From: Escherichia coli
GTDB lineage: Bacteria; Pseudomonadota; Gammaproteobacteria; Enterobacterales; Enterobacteriaceae
Strand: one strand, 5' to 3'
DNA length: 64,000 bases
NCBI RefSeq assembly: GCF_048403405.1
Contig: NZ_CP183129.1
Below, piece by piece: positions 39,471-52,117 of the stretch. Below the pieces are notes generated by a model. It saw only the letters and a program-made list of their open reading frames with translations. It searched no databases and was not told the DNA's origin. A program made the position numbers and the translations under genes. Positions within the stretch are counted from its first letter, which is position 1. Each line of letters starts with the position of its first letter.

Positions 39471-40973
39471 ATGAGCGAACCCCTGTTAATTGCCCGCACG
39501 TCGGATACAGAACTGTTTTTATTGCCGAGAATGGCGAATCGTCACGGGCTGATTACTGGCGCAACGGGGACGGGTAAAACCGTTACGCTGCAAAAACTGG
39601 CAGAGTCATTGTCGGAAATCGGTGTTCCGGTGTTTATGGCCGATGTGAAAGGCGATCTGACCGGCATCGCGCAGGCAGGAACGGCGTCGGAAAAACTGCT
39701 CGCAAGGCTTAAAAATATCGGCGTAAATGACTGGCAACCTCATGTTAATCCGGTGGTGGTGTGGGATATCTTTGGCGAGAAAGGCCACCCGGTGCGGGCG
39801 ACGGTTTCGGATCTGGGGCCGCTGTTGCTGGCACGACTGTTGAATCTCAACGATGTGCAATCTGGCGTGCTGAATATCATCTTCCGCATTGCTGATGATC
39901 AGGGGCTGTTACTGCTCGACTTTAAAGATTTGCGGGCGATTACCCAGTACATCGGCGATAACGCCAAATCCTTCCAGAATCAGTATGGTAATATCAGTAG
40001 CGCATCGGTTGGTGCCATCCAGCGCGGGCTGTTATCGCTGGAACAGCAAGGCGCGGCGCACTTTTTTGGTGAGCCGATGCTGGATATCAAAGACTGGATG
40101 CGTACCGATGCCAACGGTAAAGGCGTTATCAATATCCTCAGCGCCGAGAAGCTTTATCAGATGCCGAAACTGTACGCCGCCAGCCTGCTGTGGATGCTTT
40201 CAGAATTGTATGAACAATTGCCTGAAGCGGGCGATCTGGAGAAACCAAAACTGGTGTTTTTCTTCGACGAAGCACATCTGCTGTTTAACGATGCACCGCA
40301 GGTACTGCTGGATAAGATTGAGCAGGTGATAAGGCTTATCCGCTCGAAAGGCGTGGGCGTCTGGTTCGTTTCGCAAAACCCGTCAGATATTCCGGATAAC
40401 GTGCTCGGGCAGCTCGGTAATCGCGTTCAACACGCTTTGCGTGCTTTTACGCCTAAAGATCAGAAAGCAGTGAAGGCAGCGGCGCAAACCATGCGCCCCA
40501 ACCCTGCATTTGATACGGAAAAGGCGATTCAGGAACTGGGCACCGGCGAGGCGTTGATCTCTTTTCTGGATGCGAAAGGAAGCCCTTCTGTGGTGGAACA
40601 GGCGATGGTGATTGCGCCTTGTTCGCGGATGGGACCGGTGACGGAAGATGAGCGTAATGGCTTGATTAATCACTCTCCGGTGTATGGCAAGTACGAGGAT
40701 GACGTGGACCGGGAATCCGCCTATGAGATGTTGCAAAAAGGCTTTCAGGCCAGTACCGAGCAGCAAAATAATCCTCCCGCGAAAGGGAAAGAGGTGGCGG
40801 TGGATGACGGTATTCTCGGTGGATTGAAGGATATTTTGTTTGGCACTACCGGACCACGCGGCGGGAAGAAAGATGGTGTGGTGCAAACAATGGCGAAAAG
40901 CGCCGCCCGCCAGGTGACGAATCAGATTGTGCGTGGTGTGCTGGGGAGTTTGCTGGGGGGGAGAAAAAGATAA
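39471..40973 (+). CDS. yjgR: DUF853-family P-loop ATPase
   Basis: 500-aa ORF with Walker A (GATGTGKT) and core synteny. Confidence 0.8.
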   Translation: MSEPLLIARTSDTELFLLPRMANRHGLITGATGTGKTVTLQKLAESLSEIGVPVFMADVKGDLTGIAQAGTASEKLLARLKNIGVNDWQPHVNPVVVWDIFGEKGHPVRATVSDLGPLLLARLLNLNDVQSGVLNIIFRIADDQGLLLLDFKDLRAITQYIGDNAKSFQNQYGNISSASVGAIQRGLLSLEQQGAAHFFGEPMLDIKDWMRTDANGKGVINILSAEKLYQMPKLYAASLLWMLSELYEQLPEAGDLEKPKLVFFFDEAHLLFNDAPQVLLDKIEQVIRLIRSKGVGVWFVSQNPSDIPDNVLGQLGNRVQHALRAFTPKDQKAVKAAAQTMRPNPAFDTEKAIQELGTGEALISFLDAKGSPSVVEQAMVIAPCSRMGPVTEDERNGLINHSPVYGKYEDDVDRESAYEMLQKGFQASTEQQNNPPAKGKEVAVDDGILGGLKDILFGTTGPRGGKKDGVVQTMAKSAARQVTNQIVRGVLGSLLGGRKR

Positions 40974-40984
40974 GTCAGACGTGA

Positions 40985-41045
40985 TCTGTGCCCCTCACCC
41001 TAACCCTCTCCCCAAAGGGGCGAGGGGACCGTTCGAACTCGTATT
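40985..41045. repeat. GC-rich palindromic intergenic repeat (copy 1)
   Basis: ccctcaccctaaccctctccccaaaggggcgagggg palindrome between convergent yjgR and lptG; near-identical copy at 45062-45105. Confidence 0.5.
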
Positions 41046-41091
41046 TGACTTTGTCAACAATAATAAAGGGAGCTTTCGCTCCCTTGTTAGA

Positions 41092-42177
41092 TTACGATTT
41101 TCTCATTAACAGCCACAGGCTGATTAAGAAGAAGCTGGCGCTTGGCAACAGTGCGCCGATAATCGGCGGGATGCCGTAAACCAACGTCAGCGGGCCGAAG
41201 ATCTGGTCCAGTACGTAGAAGACAAAACCGAAGCTGATACCGGTGACCACACGCACGCCCATCGGTACGCTACGCAGTGGGCCAAAGATAAACGACAGCG
41301 CCATCAGCATCATCACCGCCACGGATAGCGGCTGGAAGATTTTGCTCCACATGTTGAGCTGATAACGTCCAGCGTCCTGACCACTCGACTTCAGATACTT
41401 CACATAGTTGTGCAAACCACTGATGGAGAGTGCATCCGGGTCCAGCGCCACCACGCCCAGTTTGTCTGGCGTGAGGTTGGTTTTCCAGGTGCCGCTCACC
41501 GTCTGCGAACCGGTAATCTGTTTCGGATTGGTCAAATCAGATTCATCAACCTGCGACAGACGCCAGACTTTATGTTCAGGGTCAAACTTCGCGGTAGCGG
41601 CATAGCGTACGGATTGCAGACGACGATTCTCGTTAAAGGCATAAATACTGATGCCACCTAACTCTTCGTCACCTTTAACCCGCTCAATGTAGACGAAGTT
41701 GTTGCCATCTTTCGCCCATAAACCTTGCTGGGTAGAGAGCAACGAGCCGCCGTACATCGCCTGCGCACGGTAGTTACGCGCCATCTGCTCGCCCTGCGGC
41801 GCGACCCATTCACCAATCGCCATCGTCAGCAAGACCAGCGGAATGGCGGTTTTCATCACCGACAGCGCCACCTGCATACGGGTAAAACCAGAAGCCTGCA
41901 TGACTACCAGTTCGCTGCGCTGCGCCAGCATCCCAAGACCAAGCAACGCCCCAAGCAGAGCCGCCATCGGGAAGAAGATTTGCACATCTTTCGGCACGCT
42001 CAGCAAGGTATACATTCCTGCGCCTAACGCGTCGTAACTCCCCTGCCCGGCTTTTTTCAGCTGATCGACAAACTTGATAATGCCCGACAGCGACACCAGC
42101 ATGAACAGCGTCATCATGATGGTGGTGAAAATAGTTTTACCGATATAGCGGTCAAGTACGCCAAAAGGTTGCATCAC
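41092..42177 (-). CDS. lptG: LPS export ABC permease LptG
   Basis: 361-aa membrane protein; 4-nt overlap with lptF; core synteny. Confidence 0.9.
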   Translation of the reverse strand: MMQPFGVLDRYIGKTIFTTIMMTLFMLVSLSGIIKFVDQLKKAGQGSYDALGAGMYTLLSVPKDVQIFFPMAALLGALLGLGMLAQRSELVVMQASGFTRMQVALSVMKTAIPLVLLTMAIGEWVAPQGEQMARNYRAQAMYGGSLLSTQQGLWAKDGNNFVYIERVKGDEELGGISIYAFNENRRLQSVRYAATAKFDPEHKVWRLSQVDESDLTNPKQITGSQTVSGTWKTNLTPDKLGVVALDPDALSISGLHNYVKYLKSSGQDAGRYQLNMWSKIFQPLSVAVMMLMALSFIFGPLRSVPMGVRVVTGISFGFVFYVLDQIFGPLTLVYGIPPIIGALLPSASFFLISLWLLMRKS

Positions 42178-43274
42178 ACCGCTCCTTTACGCGAAAAACT
42201 GGCGCGCAGGCGGCGGACCGGCACGGTGTCCCAAAGGTTGAGAACAATCGCCAAAGCCAGATAAATCAGGTTAACGGTCCACATCCACAGCGTCGGGTCC
42301 AGCTTACCTTTACCACCGTTCGATTTCAGGGAGGTCTGGATCAGGAAGAAAAGTAGATACAGCAGCATGGCTGGCAGCATCGACAGTACGCGTCCCTGAC
42401 GTGGGTTAACCACGCTCAACGGTACAACCATAAGTGCCATCATAAACACGGTGAATACCAACGTGATACGCCAGTTCAGTTCTGCGCGGGCACGATCGGT
42501 GTCAGTGTTCCACAATGTGCGCATGTCCATCTGGTCGGTATCGTTCGGGTCGAGCGCCACCGCCTGGTGACCAATGATCGCCTGATAATCCTGGAAGTCC
42601 GTAATGCGGAAATCACGTAACAGTGCAGTGCCTTCGAAGCGCGTTCCCTGGTTGAGAGTGACGACCTGGGAGCCGTCGCGCAGCTGGGTTAAATGTCCGG
42701 AATCGGCCACCACCACAGAAGGACGTGCATTACCTTTTGGTCGAATTTGCGCGAGGAATACATCTTTGAAATCGCTGCCGTCAACGCTTTCGATGAACAG
42801 CACCGAGCTGCCATTAGTCGCTTGCTGGAATTGCCCTTGCGCCAGCGCCGCCATGCCAGGGTTCGCTTTCGCTTCTGCTAACACTTCATCCTGATGACGC
42901 GATGACCACGGTCCCGCCCACATCACGTTAACCGCCGCGACGATTGCCGTGAATACCGCAAGGATCATTGCCGCTTTCACCAGAACCGCTTTGCTCAGGC
43001 CGCAGGCATGCATTACCGTAATTTCACTTTCGGTATACAGTTTGCCCAGCGTCATCAGCAGCCCGAGGAACAGGCTTAATGGCAGGATAAGCTGCGCCAT
43101 TTCCGGCACGCCCAACCCGAGAAGGGAGAGCACCAGATTCGCCGGAATATCGCCGTCAACCGCTGCGCCGAGGATCCTCACTAACTTTTGACAGAAGAAG
43201 ATCAAAAGCAAGATGAAGAGTATCGCCAGCTGGCTTTTGAGCGTCTCCCGCACCAGATATCTTATGATTATCAC
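42174..43274 (-). CDS. lptF: LPS export ABC permease LptF
   Basis: 366-aa membrane protein divergent from pepA. Confidence 0.9.
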   Translation of the reverse strand: MIIIRYLVRETLKSQLAILFILLLIFFCQKLVRILGAAVDGDIPANLVLSLLGLGVPEMAQLILPLSLFLGLLMTLGKLYTESEITVMHACGLSKAVLVKAAMILAVFTAIVAAVNVMWAGPWSSRHQDEVLAEAKANPGMAALAQGQFQQATNGSSVLFIESVDGSDFKDVFLAQIRPKGNARPSVVVADSGHLTQLRDGSQVVTLNQGTRFEGTALLRDFRITDFQDYQAIIGHQAVALDPNDTDQMDMRTLWNTDTDRARAELNWRITLVFTVFMMALMVVPLSVVNPRQGRVLSMLPAMLLYLLFFLIQTSLKSNGGKGKLDPTLWMWTVNLIYLALAIVLNLWDTVPVRRLRASFSRKGAV

Positions 43275-43537
43275 TTTAAATACGCCCGTAAAAACTCGTC
43301 TTTTGCAGGATTTTAGCTTGTTTCATGGCTTAAACGTCATTTATTCTCTTGAGTCGTCGAAATCGTCGCTAAGATAATTATACTCAACGGATTCACCTCT
43401 CAGATTTTGTTCTGACGTGCCAATGCCGTAATAACGTTAAGATTAACACGAAGTCATCGCAACAGCGGACATGAGTTACGAAAGCTTGCAATTCTATCTG
43501 TAGCCACCGCCGTTGTCTTTAAGATTCAGGAGCGTAG

Positions 43538-45052
<1,515 letters not shown>

Positions 45053-45061
45053 GTTTGCGTT

Positions 45062-45105
45062 TTACCCTCACCCTAACCCTCTCCCTAAGGGAGAGGGAAC
45101 CGATC
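45062..45105. repeat. GC-rich palindromic intergenic repeat (copy 2)
   Basis: ccctcaccctaaccctctccctaagggagaggg immediately downstream of pepA. Confidence 0.5.
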
Positions 45106-45185
45106 GAGCGCAATAGAAATTCATTGCTCATCTTTCAGGGTGAGGAATGCAGCAATATTTAAATCCACCACAAGAAGCCCCATAT

Positions 45186-45629
45186 ATGAAAAACGCGACG
45201 TTCTACCTTCTGGACAATGACACCACCGTCGATGGCTTAAGCGCCGTTGAGCAACTGGTGTGTGAAATTGCCGCAGAACGTTGGCGCAGCGGTAAGCGTG
45301 TGCTCATCGCCTGTGAAGATGAAAAGCAGGCTTACCGGCTGGATGAAGCCCTGTGGGCGCGTCCGGCAGAAAGCTTTGTCCCGCATAATTTAGCGGGAGA
45401 AGGACCGCGCGGCGGTGCGCCGGTGGAGATCGCCTGGCCGCAAAAGCGCAGCAGCAGCCCGCGCGATATATTGATTAGTCTGCGAACAAGCTTTGCAGAT
45501 TTTGCCACCGCTTTCACAGAAGTGGTAGACTTCGTTCCTTATGAAGATTCTCTGAAACAACTGGCGCGCGAACGCTATAAAGCCTACCGCGTGGCTGGTT
45601 TCAACCTGAATACGGCAACCTGGAAATAA
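45186..45629 (+). CDS. holC: DNA polymerase III chi subunit
   Basis: 147-aa ORF from internal Met (MKNATFYLL…); stop overlaps the valS start (TAATG). Confidence 0.85.
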   Translation: MKNATFYLLDNDTTVDGLSAVEQLVCEIAAERWRSGKRVLIACEDEKQAYRLDEALWARPAESFVPHNLAGEGPRGGAPVEIAWPQKRSSSPRDILISLRTSFADFATAFTEVVDFVPYEDSLKQLARERYKAYRVAGFNLNTATWK

Positions 45630-48484
45630 TGGAAAAGACATACAACCCACAAGATATCGAACAGCCGCTTTACGAGCACTGGGAAAAGCAGGGCTACTTT
45701 AAGCCTAATGGCGATGAAAGCCAGGAAAGTTTCTGCATCATGATCCCGCCGCCGAACGTCACCGGCAGTTTGCATATGGGTCACGCCTTCCAGCAAACCA
45801 TCATGGATACCATGATCCGCTATCAGCGCATGCAGGGCAAAAACACCCTGTGGCAGGTCGGTACTGACCACGCCGGGATCGCTACCCAGATGGTCGTTGA
45901 GCGCAAGATTGCCGCAGAAGAAGGTAAAACCCGTCACGACTACGGCCGCGAAGCTTTCATCGACAAAATCTGGGAATGGAAAGCGGAATCCGGCGGCACC
46001 ATTACCCGTCAGATGCGCCGTCTCGGCAACTCCGTGGACTGGGAGCGTGAACGCTTCACCATGGACGAAGGCCTGTCCAATGCGGTGAAAGAAGTTTTCG
46101 TTCGTCTGTATAAAGAAGACCTGATTTACCGTGGCAAACGCCTGGTAAACTGGGATCCGAAACTGCGCACCGCTATCTCTGACCTGGAAGTCGAAAACCG
46201 CGAATCGAAAGGTTCGATGTGGCACATCCGCTATCCGCTGGCTGACGGCGCGAAAACCGCAGACGGTAAAGATTACCTGGTGGTTGCGACTACCCGTCCG
46301 GAAACCCTGCTGGGCGATACCGGTGTAGCCGTTAACCCGGAAGATCCGCGTTACAAAGATCTGATTGGCAAATATGTCATTCTGCCGCTGGTTAACCGTC
46401 GTATTCCGATCGTTGGCGACGAACACGCCGACATGGAAAAAGGCACCGGCTGCGTGAAGATCACCCCGGCGCACGACTTTAACGACTATGAAGTCGGTAA
46501 ACGTCACGCCCTGCCGATGATCAACATCCTGACCTTTGACGGCGATATCCGTGAAAGCGCCCAGGTGTTCGATACCAAAGGTAACGAATCTGACGTTTAT
46601 TCCAGCGAGATCCCGGCAGAATTCCAGAAACTGGAGCGTTTTGCTGCACGTAAAGCGGTCGTTGCTGCGGTTGACGCACTCGGCCTGCTGGAAGAAATTA
46701 AACCGCACGACCTGACCGTTCCTTACGGCGACCGTGGCGGCGTAGTTATCGAACCGATGCTGACCGACCAGTGGTACGTGCGTGCCGATGTCCTGGCGAA
46801 ACCGGCGGTTGAAGCGGTTGAGAACGGCGACATTCAGTTCGTACCGAAGCAGTACGAAAACATGTACTTCTCCTGGATGCGCGATATTCAGGACTGGTGT
46901 ATCTCTCGTCAGCTGTGGTGGGGTCACCGTATCCCGGCATGGTATGACGAAGCGGGTAACGTTTATGTTGGCCGCAACGAAGACGAAGTGCGTAAAGAAA
47001 ATAACCTCGGTGCTGATGTTGTCCTGCGTCAGGACGAAGACGTTCTCGACACCTGGTTCTCTTCTGCGCTGTGGACCTTCTCTACCCTTGGCTGGCCGGA
47101 AAATACCGACGCCCTGCGTCAGTTCCACCCAACCAGCGTGATGGTATCTGGTTTCGACATCATCTTCTTCTGGATTGCCCGCATGATCATGATGACCATG
47201 CACTTCATCAAAGATGAAAATGGCAAACCGCAGGTGCCGTTCCACACTGTTTACATGACCGGTCTGATTCGTGACGACGAAGGCCAGAAGATGTCCAAAT
47301 CCAAGGGTAACGTTATCGACCCGCTGGATATGGTTGACGGTATTTCGCTGCCGGAACTGCTGGAGAAACGTACCGGCAATATGATGCAGCCGCAGCTGGC
47401 GGACAAAATCCGTAAGCGCACCGAGAAGCAGTTCCCGAACGGCATTGAGCCGCACGGTACTGACGCGCTGCGCTTCACCCTGGCGGCGCTGGCTTCTACC
47501 GGTCGTGACATCAACTGGGATATGAAGCGTCTGGAAGGCTACCGTAACTTCTGTAACAAGCTGTGGAACGCCAGCCGCTTTGTGCTGATGAACACAGAAG
47601 GTCAGGATTGCGGCTTCAACGGCGGCGAAATGACGCTATCGCTGGCGGACCGCTGGATTCTGGCGGAGTTCAACCAGACCATCAAAGCGTACCGCGAAGC
47701 GCTGGACAGCTTCCGCTTCGATATCGCTGCAGGCATTCTGTATGAATTCACCTGGAACCAGTTCTGTGACTGGTATCTCGAGCTGACCAAGCCGGTAATG
47801 AACGGTGGAACAGAAGCCGAACTGCGCGGTACTCGCCATACGCTGGTGACTGTACTGGAAGGTCTGCTGCGCCTCGCGCATCCGATCATTCCGTTCATCA
47901 CCGAAACCATCTGGCAGCGTGTGAAAGTACTTTGCGGTATCACTGCCGACACCATCATGCTGCAGCCGTTCCCGCAGTACGATGCGTCTCAGGTTGATGA
48001 AGCCGCACTGGCCGACACCGAGTGGCTGAAACAGGCGATCGTTGCTGTACGTAACATCCGTGCAGAAATGAACATCGCGCCGGGCAAACCGCTGGAACTG
48101 CTGCTGCGTGGTTGCAGCGCGGATGCAGAACGTCGCGTAAATGAAAACCGTGGCTTCCTGCAAACCCTGGCGCGTCTGGAAAGCATCACCGTGCTGCCTG
48201 CCGATGACAAAGGTCCGGTTTCCGTTACGAAGATCATCGACGGCGTAGAGCTGCTGATCCCGATGGCTGGCCTCATCAACAAAGAAGATGAGCTGGCGCG
48301 TCTGGCGAAAGAAGTGGCGAAGATCGAAGGCGAAATCAGCCGTATCGAGAACAAGCTGGCGAATGAAGGCTTTGTCGCCCGCGCACCGGAAGCGGTCATC
48401 GCGAAAGAGCGTGAGAAGCTGGAAGGCTATGCGGAAGCGAAAGCGAAGCTGATTGAACAGCAGGCTGTTATCGCCGCGCTGTAA
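45629..48484 (+). CDS. valS: valyl-tRNA synthetase
   Basis: 951-aa class I aaRS with HMGH-type motif (SLHMGHAF) and KMSKS motif; C-terminal coiled coil. Confidence 0.95.
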   Translation: MEKTYNPQDIEQPLYEHWEKQGYFKPNGDESQESFCIMIPPPNVTGSLHMGHAFQQTIMDTMIRYQRMQGKNTLWQVGTDHAGIATQMVVERKIAAEEGKTRHDYGREAFIDKIWEWKAESGGTITRQMRRLGNSVDWERERFTMDEGLSNAVKEVFVRLYKEDLIYRGKRLVNWDPKLRTAISDLEVENRESKGSMWHIRYPLADGAKTADGKDYLVVATTRPETLLGDTGVAVNPEDPRYKDLIGKYVILPLVNRRIPIVGDEHADMEKGTGCVKITPAHDFNDYEVGKRHALPMINILTFDGDIRESAQVFDTKGNESDVYSSEIPAEFQKLERFAARKAVVAAVDALGLLEEIKPHDLTVPYGDRGGVVIEPMLTDQWYVRADVLAKPAVEAVENGDIQFVPKQYENMYFSWMRDIQDWCISRQLWWGHRIPAWYDEAGNVYVGRNEDEVRKENNLGADVVLRQDEDVLDTWFSSALWTFSTLGWPENTDALRQFHPTSVMVSGFDIIFFWIARMIMMTMHFIKDENGKPQVPFHTVYMTGLIRDDEGQKMSKSKGNVIDPLDMVDGISLPELLEKRTGNMMQPQLADKIRKRTEKQFPNGIEPHGTDALRFTLAALASTGRDINWDMKRLEGYRNFCNKLWNASRFVLMNTEGQDCGFNGGEMTLSLADRWILAEFNQTIKAYREALDSFRFDIAAGILYEFTWNQFCDWYLELTKPVMNGGTEAELRGTRHTLVTVLEGLLRLAHPIIPFITETIWQRVKVLCGITADTIMLQPFPQYDASQVDEAALADTEWLKQAIVAVRNIRAEMNIAPGKPLELLLRGCSADAERRVNENRGFLQTLARLESITVLPADDKGPVSVTKIIDGVELLIPMAGLINKEDELARLAKEVAKIEGEISRIENKLANEGFVARAPEAVIAKEREKLEGYAEAKAKLIEQQAVIAAL

Positions 48485-48505
48485 TCAAAACACAGTGATG
48501 AAAAC

Positions 48506-48534
48506 GAAGGCCGGAGCATGCTCCGGCCTTTTTT
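48506..48534. terminator. bidirectional hairpin terminator between valS and yjgN
   Basis: aaggccggagcatgctccggcctttttt between convergent genes. Confidence 0.6.
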
Positions 48535-48539
48535 ATCTC

Positions 48540-49736
48540 TTACAGAAATGGTAAAGAAGGCATAACTCCCCGAGAAATACCGGCTAAGAAGCCTTTATCT
48601 GGTTGTTCTTCTTTATTGATTAAAGGAAGGTCATCCAAATCGCCCAGCAAATACGTATTTTTTGCCTGCCAGTCAATCATCCATATTTTCAACAGTGGAT
48701 AAGCCAGACCGCCCGTAATCCCGGATATCACCACCAACGCACACATGCGATAAAGCATACCGTGGTACGTTAAAGTTGAGCGAAAACGAATACGCCCATC
48801 ATTCAGTGACAGGTTGCTCATAAAATGATTTCGCAACGACACCGTTAAATAACTGGTGCTAACAGCAATCCCAAAATAATAAATTAACTGCGCGATTATC
48901 ATTTTACGTTGCATTTCCATAAATTGCTGTAAATTCTCAATATCATCATTTGCATACCCAGAACTATCATACTCATTTAATATTTGTTCGAAGATAATAT
49001 AACCAGCAACAGCGAGAAAAGGTAATAAAGCTAAAAATGCGAGGATGGCATATTTTATACAATACGCAGTATCTAATTTCACCTTGAAACGATGTATACC
49101 GAAACTGGTATTGCTCCAGAGAAAACTCATTACCAGACTATATAAAGTACCATTAAAAATACCAATGGAAACAATACCAACTATTGTCATCAGAACCACA
49201 GATATAATAACGCTACTTGAACTATTGGCATGTAGCATCTTTGTCGAGATAAAGAAAACAGTCCCCATCCCAACGGCCATTAAAATCGGCAAGAAAAAGG
49301 TCACCCACCAGAACCCTTTCATAGAGCAATTAAAACTAAATCTTACGCCGTTGAGACTGGTCATCAAGGCCTGATAACGCAGTCCTTTTGCTGCCATAAA
49401 TATAAGCAAAACCAACAGTGACAAAGTCAAAACACAGCCAACAAGCGGCATATCTGCTGACACTGTCATTAAGATTGCGAAATAGAAAAAAACAAAAACA
49501 AGACAACTAAAAAAAACATTCCCACCGGTAATTCCATAAGAAAATCGTTGTCCGTTAACTTCCATATTAGCATAGAGATAACGCTTACATTTCATTAATG
49601 CCCATGGTAAATAGATACCTAGCGTTATAATCGTTAACAACACATTCACCACACAAATAAGAAAATATCTCTCACCTGTACCATGAAAAACAAACGAATG
49701 GGACGGAACATCCATTTCATTAATAACTTGAGCCAT
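48540..49736 (-). CDS. yjgN: DUF898-family inner membrane protein
   Basis: Polytopic membrane ORF; start at internal Met (MAQVINEM…); core synteny. Confidence 0.7.
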   Translation of the reverse strand: MAQVINEMDVPSHSFVFHGTGERYFLICVVNVLLTIITLGIYLPWALMKCKRYLYANMEVNGQRFSYGITGGNVFFSCLVFVFFYFAILMTVSADMPLVGCVLTLSLLVLLIFMAAKGLRYQALMTSLNGVRFSFNCSMKGFWWVTFFLPILMAVGMGTVFFISTKMLHANSSSSVIISVVLMTIVGIVSIGIFNGTLYSLVMSFLWSNTSFGIHRFKVKLDTAYCIKYAILAFLALLPFLAVAGYIIFEQILNEYDSSGYANDDIENLQQFMEMQRKMIIAQLIYYFGIAVSTSYLTVSLRNHFMSNLSLNDGRIRFRSTLTYHGMLYRMCALVVISGITGGLAYPLLKIWMIDWQAKNTYLLGDLDDLPLINKEEQPDKGFLAGISRGVMPSLPFL

Positions 49737-49928
49737 AAAAATTCCCTGAATTAAAAAATCCATTGATATAATTTATAGATACAGACAGTAAAATGTTCTG
49801 CCACGTTACAATACTCTTATCAGTAATAGGCTGGCAAAAACTTTATTGCTTTATAAGATGCTTGCGCACGTAAGAAGAGAGTGGTATTAAACAAATGTAT
49901 AATTACTTTATTTTTATTGGGTTAAACT

Positions 49929-50432
49929 ATGAATAACATTGCGCCGCAATCACCTGTAATGCGTCGCCTGACGCTGCAGGATAATCCTGCTATTGCCCGC
50001 GTCATTCGTCAGGTATCCGCCGAATACGGTCTTACCGCTGATAAAGGCTACACCGTCGCCGATCCGAATCTTGACGAGCTGTATCAAGTGTATAGTCAGC
50101 CTGGCCATGCATATTGGGTGGTTGAGTACGAGGGTGAAGTGGTCGGCGGCGGTGGGATTGCGCCATTAACCGGGAGTGAGTCGGACATTTGCGAACTGCA
50201 AAAGATGTATTTTCTTCCGGCTATTCGCGGTAAAGGGCTAGCGAAAAAACTGGCCGTAATGGCGATGGAGCAGGCACGAGAGATGGGCTTCAAACGCTGC
50301 TATCTGGAAACGACCGCTTTTTTAAAGGAAGCCATTGCGCTTTATGAGCATTTGGGCTTTGAGCATATCGACTATGCGCTTGGCTGCACGGGCCATGTCG
50401 ATTGTGAAGTGCGGATGCTACGCGAACTCTAA
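49929..50432 (+). CDS. yjgM: GNAT-family N-acetyltransferase
   Basis: 167-aa ORF with GNAT-like acetyl-CoA-binding region (RGKGLAKKL); synteny. Confidence 0.7.
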   Translation: MNNIAPQSPVMRRLTLQDNPAIARVIRQVSAEYGLTADKGYTVADPNLDELYQVYSQPGHAYWVVEYEGEVVGGGGIAPLTGSESDICELQKMYFLPAIRGKGLAKKLAVMAMEQAREMGFKRCYLETTAFLKEAIALYEHLGFEHIDYALGCTGHVDCEVRMLREL

Positions 50433-50477
50433 AAAAATGCCCGCTAGTATGTGCTATCGGGCATTTTAATCAATTAA

Positions 50478-50894
50478 TTAGTGGCGAACCCCGTCATCGT
50501 CTTCATCGACAAAATCTTCATCGTCGCCATCTTCGCCGTTAGGATCTTCAAAGTAAGTGCCCCAACCGTCGTACTCAACGTCAAATTTCTCCGCCAGCGT
50601 CATCAGTTGTTCAACCTGGGCATCGATCAGATCGGCATTCAACGCGCACTCGCTGAGGATGTCGCAGCAAATCACGATATCACCATCTTCAACTTCCAGC
50701 TCTTCTGGATCGGTCACTTCGTAACCGAGTTTAAACGCTTCAACTGCCGCTTTTTCCAGAGTTTCCAGATCGTCTGCGGAAAGATGGTGTTCGATGGTGT
50801 ACAGCGCGTCCGGATCGCTGCCATCTTCCAGTAATTCTTCAATAATCAAACGTGTTTCTTCACGCTGTTCTTCCAGTTGTTCCGGGTTTGCCAT
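50478..50894 (-). CDS. rraB: RNase E inhibitor RraB
   Basis: 138-aa highly acidic protein ([25 protein letters not shown]…); synteny. Confidence 0.85.
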
Positions 50895-50984
50895 GGCTCA
50901 TTCCTCTTAATGTCCTGCCGATACTCTTATTGTCACACACCACTGACATTGCCTCCACCTTTGTGATAAAGATTTATGCTTTAG

Positions 50985-51040
50985 ACTTGCAAATGAATAA
51001 TCATCCATATAAATTGAATTTTAATTCATTGAGGCGTTAG
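50985..51040 (+). promoter_or_regulatory. argI promoter region with ARG-box-like operator
   Basis: Palindromic TGAAT…ATTCA elements (aatgaataatcat…aattgaattttaattcatt) immediately upstream of argI. Confidence 0.5.
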
Positions 51041-51055
51041 CCACAGGAGGGATCT

Positions 51056-52060
51056 ATGTCCGGGTTTTATCATAAGCATTTCCTGAAATTACTCGATTTC
51101 ACGCCAGCTGAACTCAACAGCCTGCTGCAGTTAGCCGCGAAGCTGAAAGCCGATAAGAAAAGCGGTAAAGAAGAAGCCAAACTCACTGGTAAAAACATCG
51201 CGCTCATCTTCGAAAAAGACTCGACCCGTACCCGATGCTCTTTCGAAGTTGCCGCATATGACCAGGGTGCTCGCGTTACTTATCTCGGCCCAAGCGGCAG
51301 CCAAATTGGTCATAAAGAGTCGATTAAAGACACTGCCCGCGTGCTTGGTCGCATGTATGACGGTATTCAGTATCGCGGCTATGGTCAGGAGATTGTCGAA
51401 ACACTGGCGGAATACGCTGGCGTGCCGGTATGGAACGGCCTGACCAATGAGTTCCACCCCACTCAGCTGCTGGCGGATCTTCTCACCATGCAGGAGCATT
51501 TGCCCGGCAAAGCGTTCAACGAAATGACGCTGGTCTATGCAGGTGACGCACGTAACAACATGGGCAATTCGATGCTCGAAGCTGCAGCGCTTACCGGTCT
51601 GGATTTGCGTCTGGTCGCGCCACAGGCATGCTGGCCAGAAGCTGCGCTGGTTACGGAATGCCGCGCCCTGGCACAGCAAAATGGCGGGAATATTACGCTA
51701 ACGGAAGATGTAGCCAAGGGAGTAGAAGGTGCTGACTTTATCTATACCGATGTATGGGTGTCGATGGGGGAAGCAAAAGAGAAATGGGCAGAACGGATTG
51801 CATTACTGCGTGATTATCAGGTGAACAGCAAGATGATGCAGTTGACCGGTAACCCGGAGGTCAAATTCCTCCACTGCCTGCCCGCGTTTCATGACGACCA
51901 GACGACGCTTGGTAAGAAAATGGCGGAAGAGTTTGGCCTACATGGCGGAATGGAAGTGACTGATGAGGTCTTCGAATCTGCTGCCAGCATTGTTTTTGAT
52001 CAGGCGGAAAACCGCATGCATACCATCAAAGCGGTGATGGTCGCGACGCTCAGTAAATAA
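51056..52060 (+). CDS. argI: ornithine carbamoyltransferase
   Basis: 334-aa ORF with carbamoyltransferase motifs (STRTR, HCLP). Confidence 0.9.
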
Positions 52061-52117
52061 TTGACATCGCTATAAAGATGCCGGGAAATACAAAAAATAT
52101 CCCGGCATCATATTATT

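Noticed and set aside
40927-41179. Small ORFs encoding peptides such as …PLTLTLSPKGRGD…
   Set aside because: Generated by translating the GC-rich palindromic repeat and terminator hairpins between yjgR and lptG.
45584-47455. 623-aa minus-strand ORF overlapping valS
   Set aside because: Antisense to a valS gene with unmistakable class I synthetase motifs; the antisense frame stays open through GC-rich bias and has no recognisable motifs.
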